Source: Alphaproteobacteria bacterium (GTDB taxonomy: Bacteria; Pseudomonadota; Alphaproteobacteria; CAAHEQ01; UBA3637). Taken from it: a DNA stretch of 64,000 nt. Positions 1 to 9,633 of the stretch are shown piece by piece. The stretch lies in the NCBI GenBank assembly GCA_045638265.1, contig JAZUBA010000051.1, forward strand, positions 30,194 through 94,193, read 5' to 3'. A program made the translations under genes and the position numbers. The notes under the pieces are model-generated. The model saw only the letters and a list, made by a program, of their open reading frames with translations, was not told the DNA's origin and made no database searches. Position 1 is the stretch's first letter. Every line of letters begins with the position of its first letter.

Positions 1-494
1 AATTTAAACATACTAATAAAACGCGTTAATTCTTTATTCGGATTGTACGTGCCTTGTTCAACATTTTTTAAATCAATCGGAGCAAATGTATTGTTTGGAC
101 AAGTGCGAGCTTTTTCAGGAAGCCAATCAATACCTGAAATAATCATGCCTGTTTTAAGATAAATTTTTGTTGCCGTAATATATACAAATGCATTTTGTGG
201 GATTTCTTCTTTCTCAACATCAGCAACGGCTGTATTCAAAACGGCATTATATTCATCGGTTAATTTAATAGTTTTTTCTTTTTGAACCGGCTCAACAATT
301 TTGCCATAAGCAATTCTAAAATCCGGTAATGTTTTTAAGCCATCAACAATACCCAAATAAGGCATCATCACAGCAAAATATAATCCAACACTACAAATAA
401 TTCCCATGAAGGCGGCAAATGGCAATATAACTCGCAAGCCGATACCTTGTCCACCAATTACATAACTTGAAAATCTGAATTTTCTATATCCCAT
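1..494 (-). CDS. Hypothetical membrane protein, 5'-partial in window (N-terminal ~164 aa; ORF continues past window start)
   Basis: Reverse-strand ATG at 494..492 gives MGYRKFRFSSYVIGGQGIGLRVILPFAAFMGIICSVGLYFAVMMPY... A hydrophobic TM segment follows and the frame is open to position 1 with no stop. The ORF is absent from the supplied track, presumably because there is no in-window stop. Confidence 0.4.
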   Translation of the reverse strand, partial: MGYRKFRFSSYVIGGQGIGLRVILPFAAFMGIICSVGLYFAVMMPYLGIVDGLKTLPDFRIAYGKIVEPVQKEKTIKLTDEYNAVLNTAVADVEKEEIPQNAFVYITATKIYLKTGMIISGIDWLPEKARTCPNNTFAPIDLKNVEQGTYNPNKELTRFISMFK

Positions 495-548
495 AAAACA
501 TTAACCTCAATCTAAATAAATACAATATATTAAATTAATAATTATCCT

Positions 549-1421
549 TTAATTGTCAAACAAACCCCATTCGTCTTCATCTGAACTCAACCAAGAGTGA
601 TTTTTTTGTGCTGTTTGTGAAGATGGTTGACGATAAACAGTAGATGCTTTACCGTCAAATGCATCTGCAGGTAACATTGTTGCAGAAGACGATTGAACAG
701 TTGGCATTTGATTTGTTTGTGTCACAGGATGATAAATTGTAGAAGCTTTACCATCAAATGCATCTGTAGGAACAGTATAAATGCCGTTCATACCATTATT
801 GATTATTGGCGTTTTGATGGAATGATAGGTCGTGGAAGCTTTTCCGTCAAACGCATCTGCCGGTAATTGATTACCTACAGATTGGATTTCGGAAGCTTTT
901 CCACTTAACTTGTTTTCTTGTATAACAAGAACATCCCCATAGTTTGTATCAGCTTTACCATCAAACGCATCTGCGGGAACTTGTCCACCTGTTGGCGAAT
1001 ATTGTGTCATAAGTGTGTCATCAACCTCATCAAACAACCCATAACCGATTTCTTGTGTTGTTGTATTTTGATTACGAGTCCCAATTTCTGTTATATTGCC
1101 ACCCGTTGATGGAATAACACAGGCCTGACCATCTGCAGACCAAGCAATAACTCGTTCATCTTGTAAATAAAATTTCATGACACAACCACGTAAATAACGA
1201 TACGCCCAATCTTTTTCAATTTCTTGCTTAATATATATCAAAACACGTTCATTTTCAGCTAAACGAGTTGCTTTTGTCGGAGTACCGAAGTTTTCGTATA
1301 AATCGGCAACCGGTTGACCGTAATACACATTGGAACGCGGTTCTGTGGAATGGATGTATTCGTTTGAACCACAAGCACTTAATACAAACGGCAACAATGC
1401 CAAGGCAATTACTTTTTTCAT
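549..1421 (-). CDS. Lipoprotein with four tandem (L/V)P(A/T)DAFDGKA(S/D)TxY repeats
   Basis: MKKVIALALLPFVLSACGS signal peptide with lipobox (LSAC). C-terminal half has 4 copies of a ~40-aa unit containing PADAFDGKAST.Y. Confidence 0.6.
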   Translation of the reverse strand: MKKVIALALLPFVLSACGSNEYIHSTEPRSNVYYGQPVADLYENFGTPTKATRLAENERVLIYIKQEIEKDWAYRYLRGCVMKFYLQDERVIAWSADGQACVIPSTGGNITEIGTRNQNTTTQEIGYGLFDEVDDTLMTQYSPTGGQVPADAFDGKADTNYGDVLVIQENKLSGKASEIQSVGNQLPADAFDGKASTTYHSIKTPIINNGMNGIYTVPTDAFDGKASTIYHPVTQTNQMPTVQSSSATMLPADAFDGKASTVYRQPSSQTAQKNHSWLSSDEDEWGLFDN

Positions 1422-1566
1422 AACAAAAACTCCTTTTTTCTATAAATTAGCACATACAAAATAAAATGTCAAATCTTCTTTTCATTTTTTATGCGTTATG
1501 CTTGACAAATAATGTCAAACAGTTTATAACGCCCTTAACTAACTTGACTATATAGAGAAAAAACAA

Positions 1567-2604
1567 ATGAAAACAGAAATTTTTACTTTTGATATGCCTG
1601 AAAATCTGATTGCTGAAAAACCGGCATTTCCCCGTGATTCTTCTAAACTGATGCACTTATGTCCCGATGGGAGTATTCAACATTGTCATGTATCTGATTT
1701 AGATAAATTATTACGACCGAATGATGTGTTGATTTTTAATGACACAAAAGTCATTCCGGCTCGGTTATACGGTGTGAGAGGTGAAGCTAAAATTGAAGTT
1801 ACGTTGTTTAAACAACTAAATTTGTCCGATTGGGAAACAATGATTAAAAATTCCCGTCGTTTAAAAATTGGTGATATCATTTTATTTTCTGATGATTTTT
1901 CAGCAGAAGTCAAAGAAAAAAAAGAAAGTGGACAAGTTGTTTTGCACTTTAATAAAAGTGGAGCAGATTTGATGGCTACGTTACACGAAATCGGGACAAT
2001 GCCGTTACCACCATATATAAAACGATTGCGAGGCGGAAAAGAATCGGATAAAGCCGATTATCAAACAATCTATGCCAATAAAGAAGGTGCAGTAGCAGCC
2101 CCTACTGCCGGACTGCATTTTACACCGGAGTTGTTTGAAAGATTAGAACAAAAAGGCATTGAAAAACTGTTTTTAACGCTTCATGTAGGTGGTGGAACTT
2201 TTTTGCCGGTCAAAGTGGATGATACAGATAATCACAAAATGCACGCCGAATTTGGTATTTTAACACAAGAAATTGCCGATAAAATCAATCAAGCAAAAAA
2301 AGCGGGACGACGTATTGTAACCGTTGGTACTACATCATTACGTTTATTGGAATCAGCAACGGATAACAACGGCATCGTTCATGCCTTTGAAGGTGAAACG
2401 GATATTTTCATTACACCGGGGTATCAATTTAAAGCCGTTGACGTTATGTTTACAAACTTTCATTTATCCGGTTCAACATTATTTATGTTGGTTTGTGCAT
2501 TTGCAGGCATTAACCGTATGAAAGAAGCTTATCAAACAGCTATTGAAAATCAATATCGTTTTTTTTCATATGGCGATGCCTGTTTAATTGAAAACAACTC
2601 CTAA
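1567..2604 (+). CDS. queA: S-adenosylmethionine:tRNA ribosyltransferase-isomerase
   Basis: 345 aa. N-terminal F-DMPENLIAEKP...R..SKLMHL and overall length match the QueA family. Confidence 0.88.
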   Translation: MKTEIFTFDMPENLIAEKPAFPRDSSKLMHLCPDGSIQHCHVSDLDKLLRPNDVLIFNDTKVIPARLYGVRGEAKIEVTLFKQLNLSDWETMIKNSRRLKIGDIILFSDDFSAEVKEKKESGQVVLHFNKSGADLMATLHEIGTMPLPPYIKRLRGGKESDKADYQTIYANKEGAVAAPTAGLHFTPELFERLEQKGIEKLFLTLHVGGGTFLPVKVDDTDNHKMHAEFGILTQEIADKINQAKKAGRRIVTVGTTSLRLLESATDNNGIVHAFEGETDIFITPGYQFKAVDVMFTNFHLSGSTLFMLVCAFAGINRMKEAYQTAIENQYRFFSYGDACLIENNS

Positions 2605-2723
2605 GGAATAAGGTTCAGATATTGCAGATTTGTTTTTTCCGTAAAAAGACAAAAAAAAGATTGTATTTTAAAAACAAAACTGATATAATATAATAAGTAT
2701 TAATTTGTAATCAGGAGTTTGGT

Positions 2724-3734
2724 ATGAAAAAACTGTTTCTTTTTTTCTTGTCAATCGGTATTTCATTGCAAGCAGTTGCCGGTTATGTTGAAGGCGAAAA
2801 TGCTTTTAACGAACAAAATTACGCTCTTGCATTTGATGAATTTTTGCCGTTAGCCGAAGAAGGAGATTATCGTTCGCAATATTATATCGGTTATTTGTAT
2901 GTCAATGGGTTAGGTGTACAAAAAGACGGGAAAAAAGGTGTTGAATATTTACAAAAAGCCGTTGATCAAAATCATGATATGGCACAAGCATTAATGGGAT
3001 ATTTATATTCAGAAGGTCTGTTTGTTCGGAAAGACAAGAAAAAAGCATTAGAATTATATCAATTAGCAGCTGCCAGTAATAATATTTCAGCTAATTTAAA
3101 TTTAGGGGTTATGTATTACAAAGGAGATTCTGTTCCGCGTGATTATGATATGGCTTTACAGTATTTTAGTAAAGTACCTTTGGAATCCAATCCGATTGTT
3201 TGTCGTTATTTAGGGGATATTTATTATAACAATCCCGCTTTAAAAGATTATAAGAAAGCCAGCCAATATTATGAATTGGCAGCTCGCCAAAATGATTTAA
3301 ATGCTTATTATAATTTAGGTGAAATGTATCGGACAGGTACAGGAACGGAAAAAGATGTCAAAACAGCAATAACTTATCATAAATATGCTGCTTCACAAGG
3401 TTATGTTGCATCACAATATATACTTGGGGTTATTTATGCGAACGGTGAAGGTGTAGCAAAGGATAAATATAAAGCGGTTGCATGGTTGCAAATCGCAAGT
3501 GATCAAGGAATGGAAGCGGCCAAAGAAGCAATGGATAAGCTGACAAAAAATATGTCATTAACCGATGTGCAATCAGTCAGCCGTCAAGTTGTTCTTATTC
3601 AACAAAATGAAATGGGCAAGATTGATCCGCCTTTTGATCCGCAAACAAAAATGGAAGGTGTAGCTGCATTAGAAGGTGTTGCACAACAACCAAGACAAAA
3701 AAGACGGCGTACATTACGCAGACGGAGGAGATAA
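2724..3734 (+). CDS. Secreted Sel1-like repeat (SLR/TPR-like) protein with poly-Arg C-terminus
   Basis: Signal peptide MKKLFLFFLSIGISLQAVAG. Multiple ~36-aa Sel1 repeats (YYIGYLYVNGLGVQKDGKKGVEYLQKA..., LGVMYYKGDSVPRDYDMALQYF..., LGEMYRTGTGTEKDVKTAITYHKYAA...). C-terminal tail is QKRRRTLRRRRR. Confidence 0.8.
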   Translation: MKKLFLFFLSIGISLQAVAGYVEGENAFNEQNYALAFDEFLPLAEEGDYRSQYYIGYLYVNGLGVQKDGKKGVEYLQKAVDQNHDMAQALMGYLYSEGLFVRKDKKKALELYQLAAASNNISANLNLGVMYYKGDSVPRDYDMALQYFSKVPLESNPIVCRYLGDIYYNNPALKDYKKASQYYELAARQNDLNAYYNLGEMYRTGTGTEKDVKTAITYHKYAASQGYVASQYILGVIYANGEGVAKDKYKAVAWLQIASDQGMEAAKEAMDKLTKNMSLTDVQSVSRQVVLIQQNEMGKIDPPFDPQTKMEGVAALEGVAQQPRQKRRRTLRRRRR

Positions 3735-3737
3735 TCA

Positions 3738-4160
3738 ATGGCAAGAAAAAAAACATCACAAGTGGAAACAACGGATAATGTAGCGCAATCAACAGCTCCT
3801 GTTGTTCCAAACAAGTTTGCTATTAAACAAAAATCATCTGGATTTATTGCCCGAAGTTTTAAATTTTTCTTTGGATTTCATGTTATTACAATTTTAGGCT
3901 TTTTTATCGGCTGTATTATTTTTAACATCCAATCCGAAACCAATCCGTTGACAGGCATTGTTTCATCTGGAAAGCTTTATTTCATCGGATTTTTAATGGT
4001 GTTCGTATTGCACTTTTTGTATTGGATTTTTGCAGATAAAGCAACATTCTTTAATATTAAGAATCGTATATTTTTATGTATATGGGATTATATTTTTCTC
4101 ATTTTAACAACATTAAGTACGGTTGGTACGTTGTTTTTATTAAATACATACGTTTTATAA
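3738..4160 (+). CDS. Small integral membrane protein (hypothetical)
   Basis: 140 aa. Three or more hydrophobic helices (FFFGFHVITILGFFIGCIIF, FIGFLMVFVLHFLYWIF, IFLILTTLSTVGTLFLL). Starts 3 nt after the Sel1 gene stop. Confidence 0.45.
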   Translation: MARKKTSQVETTDNVAQSTAPVVPNKFAIKQKSSGFIARSFKFFFGFHVITILGFFIGCIIFNIQSETNPLTGIVSSGKLYFIGFLMVFVLHFLYWIFADKATFFNIKNRIFLCIWDYIFLILTTLSTVGTLFLLNTYVL

Positions 4161-4181
4161 ACAGAGTACTCATTGAAGAAA

Positions 4182-4217
4182 AACCCGTTAACAACCTTGT
4201 TGACGGGTTTGTTTTTG
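4182..4217 (+). terminator. Rho-independent terminator
   Basis: Hairpin aaacccgttaacaa/ttgttgacgggttt followed by GTTTTTGTT. Confidence 0.6.
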
Positions 4218-4333
4218 TTAAAAAGTATTTAAGAGTACTGTTTGAATTTAATTTTTTTGAATGACAGATTGAAGTATAAAAGGTGTTCTTATTGGATTAA
4301 TGATTTTTTTGTAAATAAATCAAGAAAATGCTA

Positions 4334-4361
4334 TTGCAATTAAAGGTACGTTAAATTGCAA
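4334..4361. promoter_or_regulatory. Distal copy of the conserved near-palindromic 28-bp module (TTGCAATTAAAGGTACGTTAAATTGCAA)
   Basis: Near-perfect palindrome. Same module recurs at 4475, 29710, 29841, 51910, 52047, 52113. Adjacent conserved A-rich block gtgaaaaaaaaatgcaaaaa at 4363..4403. Confidence 0.6.
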
Positions 4362-4474
4362 CACTTTTTTTCATATTTTTGCATTTTTTTTTCACTTCTT
4401 ATGATTTTAATATATCGGCTTGTTCAAAATATTTCTCCCGATTCGTCTCTTTTTTGCCCTTGTATGTGAAATCG

Positions 4475-4502
4475 TTGCACATAAACGTACCTTTAATTAC
4501 AA
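4475..4502 (+). promoter_or_regulatory. Promoter/operator module for the pilin-like gene at 4542: -35 TTGCAC, 17-bp spacer ATAAACGTACCTTTAAT, -10 TACAAT
   Basis: Sigma70-like hexamers with exact 17-bp spacing, ending 40 bp upstream of the ATG. The spacer sequence is conserved across all family promoters, which suggests a regulator site inside the promoter. Confidence 0.65.
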
Positions 4503-4541
4503 TGTGGTTATGCTGTATTTATTAGACAATTTGGAGGTATT

Positions 4542-7529
4542 ATGAGATTTAGAACGCATATTAAACAAAACGAACGTGGTCGCTCAATGGTTGAAATCTT
4601 AGGCGTTTTAGCCATTATCGGTGTTTTATCATTCGGTGGTATTCAAGGATACAAGTATGCCATGGATAAACATCGGGCAAATGATATCGTCAATGAGGTT
4701 AATATGCGTGCAACAGATATTTGGCATTTATACCAAGATGGTGAAAAAGAATTGCCTGATTCACCTGAAGCAGATGCATTTCCTGAATATCCTGAAATGA
4801 CGCAAACAGGATTTGAAATTCTGGTAACATCCCATCCTCCTGTTGCATTTCGTACATGGGTGAATAATGTACCGTCTGCTGTATGTCAAAAAGTGTTACA
4901 GGAAAATTTAGACGATGCCGTTCAAGGATTAAAATTTGTACAGGTTGATAATGGTGGTGGATTAATACGCTATACAGGTGATATTGCTATTTGTGGTGAA
5001 AGTGGTACGGAAAATCAGATGGTATTTACATCGTTTCTTGATGAAGATGGTGGAGCTGTTGCCTCTCCTGTTAATCCTGATAATCCAAACACACCGTTAA
5101 TTTATTGTGTAGAACAAGATGATTGCCCGCAAGAATGTGGTGGGGCTGTATGTGAAGAAGATACCATGACATGTCGTGATGCTTGTGCAGGTACGGATAA
5201 ACCGATTTGTATGCGAGAAACTGGAACGTGTGTTGAATGTCAAACAAATGATGATTGTGCGATAGTTGGTGACAACTATGTTTGTAATACGGCAGACTAT
5301 ACATGTCAGGAAGTGCGAAAATGCGTAACGGGAGAATATCGGGCTAAAAGTGGTGCATGTATTCCGTGTGATGATATTAATGCTGTTGAAATCAGTCAAG
5401 AAAAGTTTTTCGACCTAACGTTGAATATTGAAGATGATACAACAGGTGTAGAACAATGTAATGCGTGCAACAATACGCATACAGTAACTGTTGATGAAGC
5501 AACGGGAACAACGTATTGCGGTGTTGGATGCATTAAAGGTGTAACGTATGAATCACTTAATGATGGATGTATCCCTTGTCGTAAAGCCGATGGTTCTTTA
5601 AATACGGAACCACATCGGATTAATCAAAATAATAATGCTCGAAGTATGTGTGAAGCTTGTGGTTTGATTTGGTGGAATAATTATTATTTGCAGAATACAT
5701 GTGGTTATTTTCCTACGTGTGAAAAAGGAACTTTTTTGTCTGTCGGTAGTAATCCGACCTGTGTTGATTGTAATTCTAATACTCAATATCGTGTTTCTGG
5801 ATGGGAAGGTGGCGGATATACACCATATTTTGGGTCAAGTAGTTGGAGTTCAGAAAAAATTAATGCAATATGTACTGACAATTGTCGCGATGAAAACGGT
5901 AATCCGACGCGAGAATTAGGTTCTGGTGCATTATGTAAGCCACTCTGTCAACAACCTGATGAAGATGCTTCTATTACAGCTTGTACGGATAAAGATGATT
6001 CAACCGTTTGTAATCGTCAATTCCGAAGTGGCGGAGTATGTTATGCGTGTAGTACATCAACAAGTAAATCTATTGCGACAGGAGGGACTGAGGAAATTGA
6101 TACTTATGAAGAACAAGTTTGTGTTAATTGTGGTAGAACGGTTAAAAACGGATATTGTATTATTGAAAAAGAACCTCAATTAGGGCAATTTAGGGGTAAA
6201 GACGGCAATTTATATAATTGCACGGTTAACGGAGCAGATATTGTTTCTGAAGAAGATTCTGGCTGCATAGCAAATTGTCGTCAGAAAAACGGTAAATATA
6301 GTATGGATGCAGATGCAACACCAATTCGTTGGATTCATACTTATTCAGACGGTAGTCAAAAATGTTTTAAAACATGCCCATCAAATAAATGGCAAAGTAC
6401 GGCAGGTATGTGTATGGATTGTTCACAAGATAATGGAACATATGCAACGTATTATAATATACGATTAAACGCGGATACTTGTGAAAAAGCTTGTCAAAAC
6501 ACGGATTATCCTCGTGAAAATCTTAATGGTTATTGTGTGTTACAGACTTGTCCAAATGATACGGATGGTATGGTAAAATACAGAGGAACCATGGGAGATT
6601 GTCTCCGATGTGATTATACCGGTCAGCCTGATAGGGGTGTTTCCTCAAACTCAATGATAACATCGGCTCAATGTGCCAGATGTAATAATCGAGTAGCAGT
6701 GAGAACTTGGGATTCTTGGGCTGTTTGTGCTTTAATTAATCCAGGTAGTAGTGGTGTTTGTAACAGTAAAAATGTTCAACTTCCTGAAAATATGCCGACA
6801 GAATTAAAAGCCAAAGTTCAGCCATATGTTAACGGAGATTATGATGGTCAAATGTTCCGTGATAATTCTGGGTATTGTCATGAATGTACAACATCTGCTG
6901 CACCAAGTACTTCTGCAGAGCAATGTAATATGTGCAATATTGATAAAATGCAACGTACTTATACAAACGGTGTTTGCTCGTTAGGTGGTTGTCAAACAGA
7001 CGAATTTATGAATAATACCCCAAATTGTGTCAAATGTAAGCCATCCACTGAACCGAGTTCTTATATTTCATCAACATATCAATTAAAAGCAGGTCATACA
7101 TCTTCTTGTACACAATGTGGTAATCGTCAGATTATGACAATCGGTTCAACAGGTTTGCAATATTGCGTACCGAATGATTGTATTCAAAATGCTGATTGGC
7201 AATCCGTTGCGAATGGTAAATGTCAAGATTGTACGGCAGATAATAATGTGCGTGAAATCGGTACGGAACTTGTTTATCGTCAACTGTGTGAAGCTTGTAA
7301 TCGTGTTGCATTTAGTAAGAAAAATGGTGATAATGTCAGTTGGTATTGTTCAAAAATTGTAAATGACGGTTATTTTGTTGATGCTTCTGGTGCGATACAA
7401 AGTTGTTCTTCGGCATCAGATACGATGATACCTAATACGTCAAAAGCCATTTCAGCTTGTGAAGCGGCCTCTTGCAATAGGGTCACAGAAACAGACAGAG
7501 ATGGTCAAGTTTGGTGTATGAAAAATTAA
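4542..7529 (+). CDS. Type IV pilin-like N-terminus fused to a 940-aa cysteine-rich extracellular region (giant pilin-like protein, family member 1)
   Basis: MRFRTHIKQNERG|RSMVEILGVLAIIGVLSFGGIQGYKYAM: Gly(-1), Glu(+5), ~20-aa hydrophobic helix, Tyr about +24/+27, as in class III (prepilin) signals. GGAGG SD. Remainder has ~130 Cys in CxxC / C-x-C patterns. Paralogous N-terminus to 52175 and to the fragment at 51594. Confidence 0.7.
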   Translation: MRFRTHIKQNERGRSMVEILGVLAIIGVLSFGGIQGYKYAMDKHRANDIVNEVNMRATDIWHLYQDGEKELPDSPEADAFPEYPEMTQTGFEILVTSHPPVAFRTWVNNVPSAVCQKVLQENLDDAVQGLKFVQVDNGGGLIRYTGDIAICGESGTENQMVFTSFLDEDGGAVASPVNPDNPNTPLIYCVEQDDCPQECGGAVCEEDTMTCRDACAGTDKPICMRETGTCVECQTNDDCAIVGDNYVCNTADYTCQEVRKCVTGEYRAKSGACIPCDDINAVEISQEKFFDLTLNIEDDTTGVEQCNACNNTHTVTVDEATGTTYCGVGCIKGVTYESLNDGCIPCRKADGSLNTEPHRINQNNNARSMCEACGLIWWNNYYLQNTCGYFPTCEKGTFLSVGSNPTCVDCNSNTQYRVSGWEGGGYTPYFGSSSWSSEKINAICTDNCRDENGNPTRELGSGALCKPLCQQPDEDASITACTDKDDSTVCNRQFRSGGVCYACSTSTSKSIATGGTEEIDTYEEQVCVNCGRTVKNGYCIIEKEPQLGQFRGKDGNLYNCTVNGADIVSEEDSGCIANCRQKNGKYSMDADATPIRWIHTYSDGSQKCFKTCPSNKWQSTAGMCMDCSQDNGTYATYYNIRLNADTCEKACQNTDYPRENLNGYCVLQTCPNDTDGMVKYRGTMGDCLRCDYTGQPDRGVSSNSMITSAQCARCNNRVAVRTWDSWAVCALINPGSSGVCNSKNVQLPENMPTELKAKVQPYVNGDYDGQMFRDNSGYCHECTTSAAPSTSAEQCNMCNIDKMQRTYTNGVCSLGGCQTDEFMNNTPNCVKCKPSTEPSSYISSTYQLKAGHTSSCTQCGNRQIMTIGSTGLQYCVPNDCIQNADWQSVANGKCQDCTADNNVREIGTELVYRQLCEACNRVAFSKKNGDNVSWYCSKIVNDGYFVDASGAIQSCSSASDTMIPNTSKAISACEAASCNRVTETDRDGQVWCMKN

Positions 7530-7590
7530 AAACAAATAAAAAAGAGGGCTTTTGCTCTCTTTTTGTTTTTATCGCAATATAAAAAATTCC

Positions 7591-7625
7591 CCTGACAAAG
7601 GAAAAAATGTCAGGGATGATTTTGT
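7591..7625. terminator. Bidirectional rho-independent terminator between the pilin-like gene (+) and mnmE (-)
   Basis: Perfect 8-bp stem ccctgaca/tgtcaggg with A-run upstream and T-run downstream. A second weaker hairpin lies at 7538..7570. Confidence 0.55.
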
Positions 7626-7642
7626 TTTAAAAATGATGTTTT

Positions 7643-8971
7643 TTATTTTCCGATACAGAAATCACGAAAAATAACATCTAGTAATTCGTCTGTTTCAATT
7701 CGTCCCGTTATGCGTCCGATTTGGCGAGCAGCTAAACGCAAATCTTCTGCTTTTAATTCTATTGCGGGCGCAAGCAATGATGTTGATAAATAATGGACAC
7801 ATTCTTTTAAAGCCGTCCGATATCGTTCTCGTGTAATAATGCCGTTGTTTGTCGGAGATAAATGCGTGCGTAAATCTGCTGTAATGTCTTCCCATAAATC
7901 AGCAATGCCTAATCCTGTTTTGGCACTGATGCCCATTCCTGTTTCAATTTTTAAATCCGGATTTTTATCTTTCTTATTCCAGATAATTTTAGCGGGAATA
8001 TGTTGTAATGACTCTGGTAATGGTTCAATATGGGGATAATGAGCTATATCTTGTACATATAAAATCAAATCTGATTCTTCTGCCCGTCGGACTGCTCGAC
8101 GAATACCCTCGGCTTCAATTTCACCGGCTGTTTCCCGTAAACCGGCTGTATCGGCTAAAATCACAGGAAAGCCTGCAACGTCTAAATGTGCTTCTACAAC
8201 ATCTCGTGTCGTGCCGGCAATTGGTGTAACAATTGCAATATCTTTGTTTGTCAGTGCATTCATTAAACTGGATTTGCCGACATTCGGAACGCCGATAAGT
8301 GCTATTTGAAAACCATCACGTAATTTTTGACCACGTCCGTTGTCATTTAAGTGGCTTTCAATTTCAGCTTTTAAATTGAGAATATCTGTATCAATTTGAG
8401 CTTCTTTTTCTGGGGGTATATCTTCTTCAGGAAAGTCAATAAAGGCTTCTAAATAGGCCATGTGACGTACTAAAAGTTTCCGCCAATGTTCATATAGTTC
8501 ACCCAGTTTACCTGCCGTTTGTGCAACGGCTTGACGTCGTTGTTGATCGGTTTGTGCATCAATTAAATCCATAATTCCTTCGGCAGCAGTTAAATCCATT
8601 TTGCCGTAGACAACACCTCGTCTGGAAAATTCACCTCGTTCAGCTGGACGAACACCTTTAAAATCACTTAATCGTTTAAAAACGGCTTCAATAACACTTA
8701 ATCCGCCATGAACCTGAAATTCGGCAACATCCTCACCCGTAAAACTATGTGGATTTTTAAAATATAATACAAGAGCATAATCCAACACATCACCCTTACC
8801 GTCTTTTAACGGTTTAAAGTAGGCATATCGTGGGGTAGGGTTATCTAATCCGGCAATTTCTTTTAATAAATGCAAAACTTGATTGCCGGAAATACGAATA
8901 ACGGCAACACCGCCTTTTCCAGCTCCTGATGAGAGGGCATAAATGGTATCCGTTAAACAATATTGACTCAT
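7643..8971 (-). CDS. mnmE: tRNA uridine-5-carboxymethylaminomethyl modification GTPase MnmE (TrmE)
   Basis: 442 aa. G-domain motifs (GVPNVGKSSLMNAL, DTAG). Invariant C-terminal CIGK tetrapeptide. Confidence 0.9.
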   Translation of the reverse strand: MSQYCLTDTIYALSSGAGKGGVAVIRISGNQVLHLLKEIAGLDNPTPRYAYFKPLKDGKGDVLDYALVLYFKNPHSFTGEDVAEFQVHGGLSVIEAVFKRLSDFKGVRPAERGEFSRRGVVYGKMDLTAAEGIMDLIDAQTDQQRRQAVAQTAGKLGELYEHWRKLLVRHMAYLEAFIDFPEEDIPPEKEAQIDTDILNLKAEIESHLNDNGRGQKLRDGFQIALIGVPNVGKSSLMNALTNKDIAIVTPIAGTTRDVVEAHLDVAGFPVILADTAGLRETAGEIEAEGIRRAVRRAEESDLILYVQDIAHYPHIEPLPESLQHIPAKIIWNKKDKNPDLKIETGMGISAKTGLGIADLWEDITADLRTHLSPTNNGIITRERYRTALKECVHYLSTSLLAPAIELKAEDLRLAARQIGRITGRIETDELLDVIFRDFCIGK

Positions 8972-8973
8972 AA

Positions 8974-9633
8974 TTATAATCCTTTAAAAATTTTGACGAA
9001 TTGTGCACGAACAGATTCAATGCCAAGGTTTTTTTCAGCACTGGTTAAAATAATTTCAGGATAACAGGCAACGTGTTTTTGAGCCGTTTCACGTGTTGCA
9101 TTTAAAACGGCCGTTGCTTGTTTTTGTGAAATTTTATCGGCTTTGGTTAAGATTAATTGATAACTGACAGCAGCAGAATCCAACATTTTCATAATTTTAA
9201 CATCAACATCTTTTAGGCCATGTCTGGAATCAACTAATAAAAAGACTCGACTGAGTTGAACACGACCACGTAAATAATCATGAATTAACCGAGTCCAACT
9301 TTGAACGACTTTTTCAGGTGCAGCAGCATATCCATATCCCGGTAAGTCAACAATATAAAAATCATTTGGTGATTCAAAGTAGTTAAGTGATTGTGTTCGA
9401 CCGGGTGTATTGGAAGCTCTGGCTAATCCTTTAACACCTGTAACGGCATTAATAAGGCTGGATTTGCCGACATTAGACCGTCCGGCAAAGGCAAATTCTT
9501 TTTTATTGCCGACAGGAAGTTGGTCTACGGCATTGACACTCAACCGATATTCCGGTTTTTCTTTGAACAATAGGTTGCCTTCTGCAATTAATTCTTTTGT
9601 TGTGTCTTCGGGGGTTAAATGTATAATTGTCAT
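8974..9633 (-). CDS. engB: Ribosome biogenesis GTP-binding protein EngB/YihA
   Basis: 219 aa. FAFAGRSNVGKSSLINAV P-loop, DLPGYGYA, LTKADK motifs as in YihA/YsxC. Confidence 0.85.
   Translation of the reverse strand: MTIIHLTPEDTTKELIAEGNLLFKEKPEYRLSVNAVDQLPVGNKKEFAFAGRSNVGKSSLINAVTGVKGLARASNTPGRTQSLNYFESPNDFYIVDLPGYGYAAAPEKVVQSWTRLIHDYLRGRVQLSRVFLLVDSRHGLKDVDVKIMKMLDSAAVSYQLILTKADKISQKQATAVLNATRETAQKHVACYPEIILTSAEKNLGIESVRAQFVKIFKGL

Noticed and set aside
918-5399. Small antisense ORFs (918..1109+, 1686..1913-, 2324..2521+, 3595..3814-, 5071..5399-) overlapping confident genes.
   Set aside because: They overlap well-supported CDSs on the opposite strand or in another frame, and lack RBSs.
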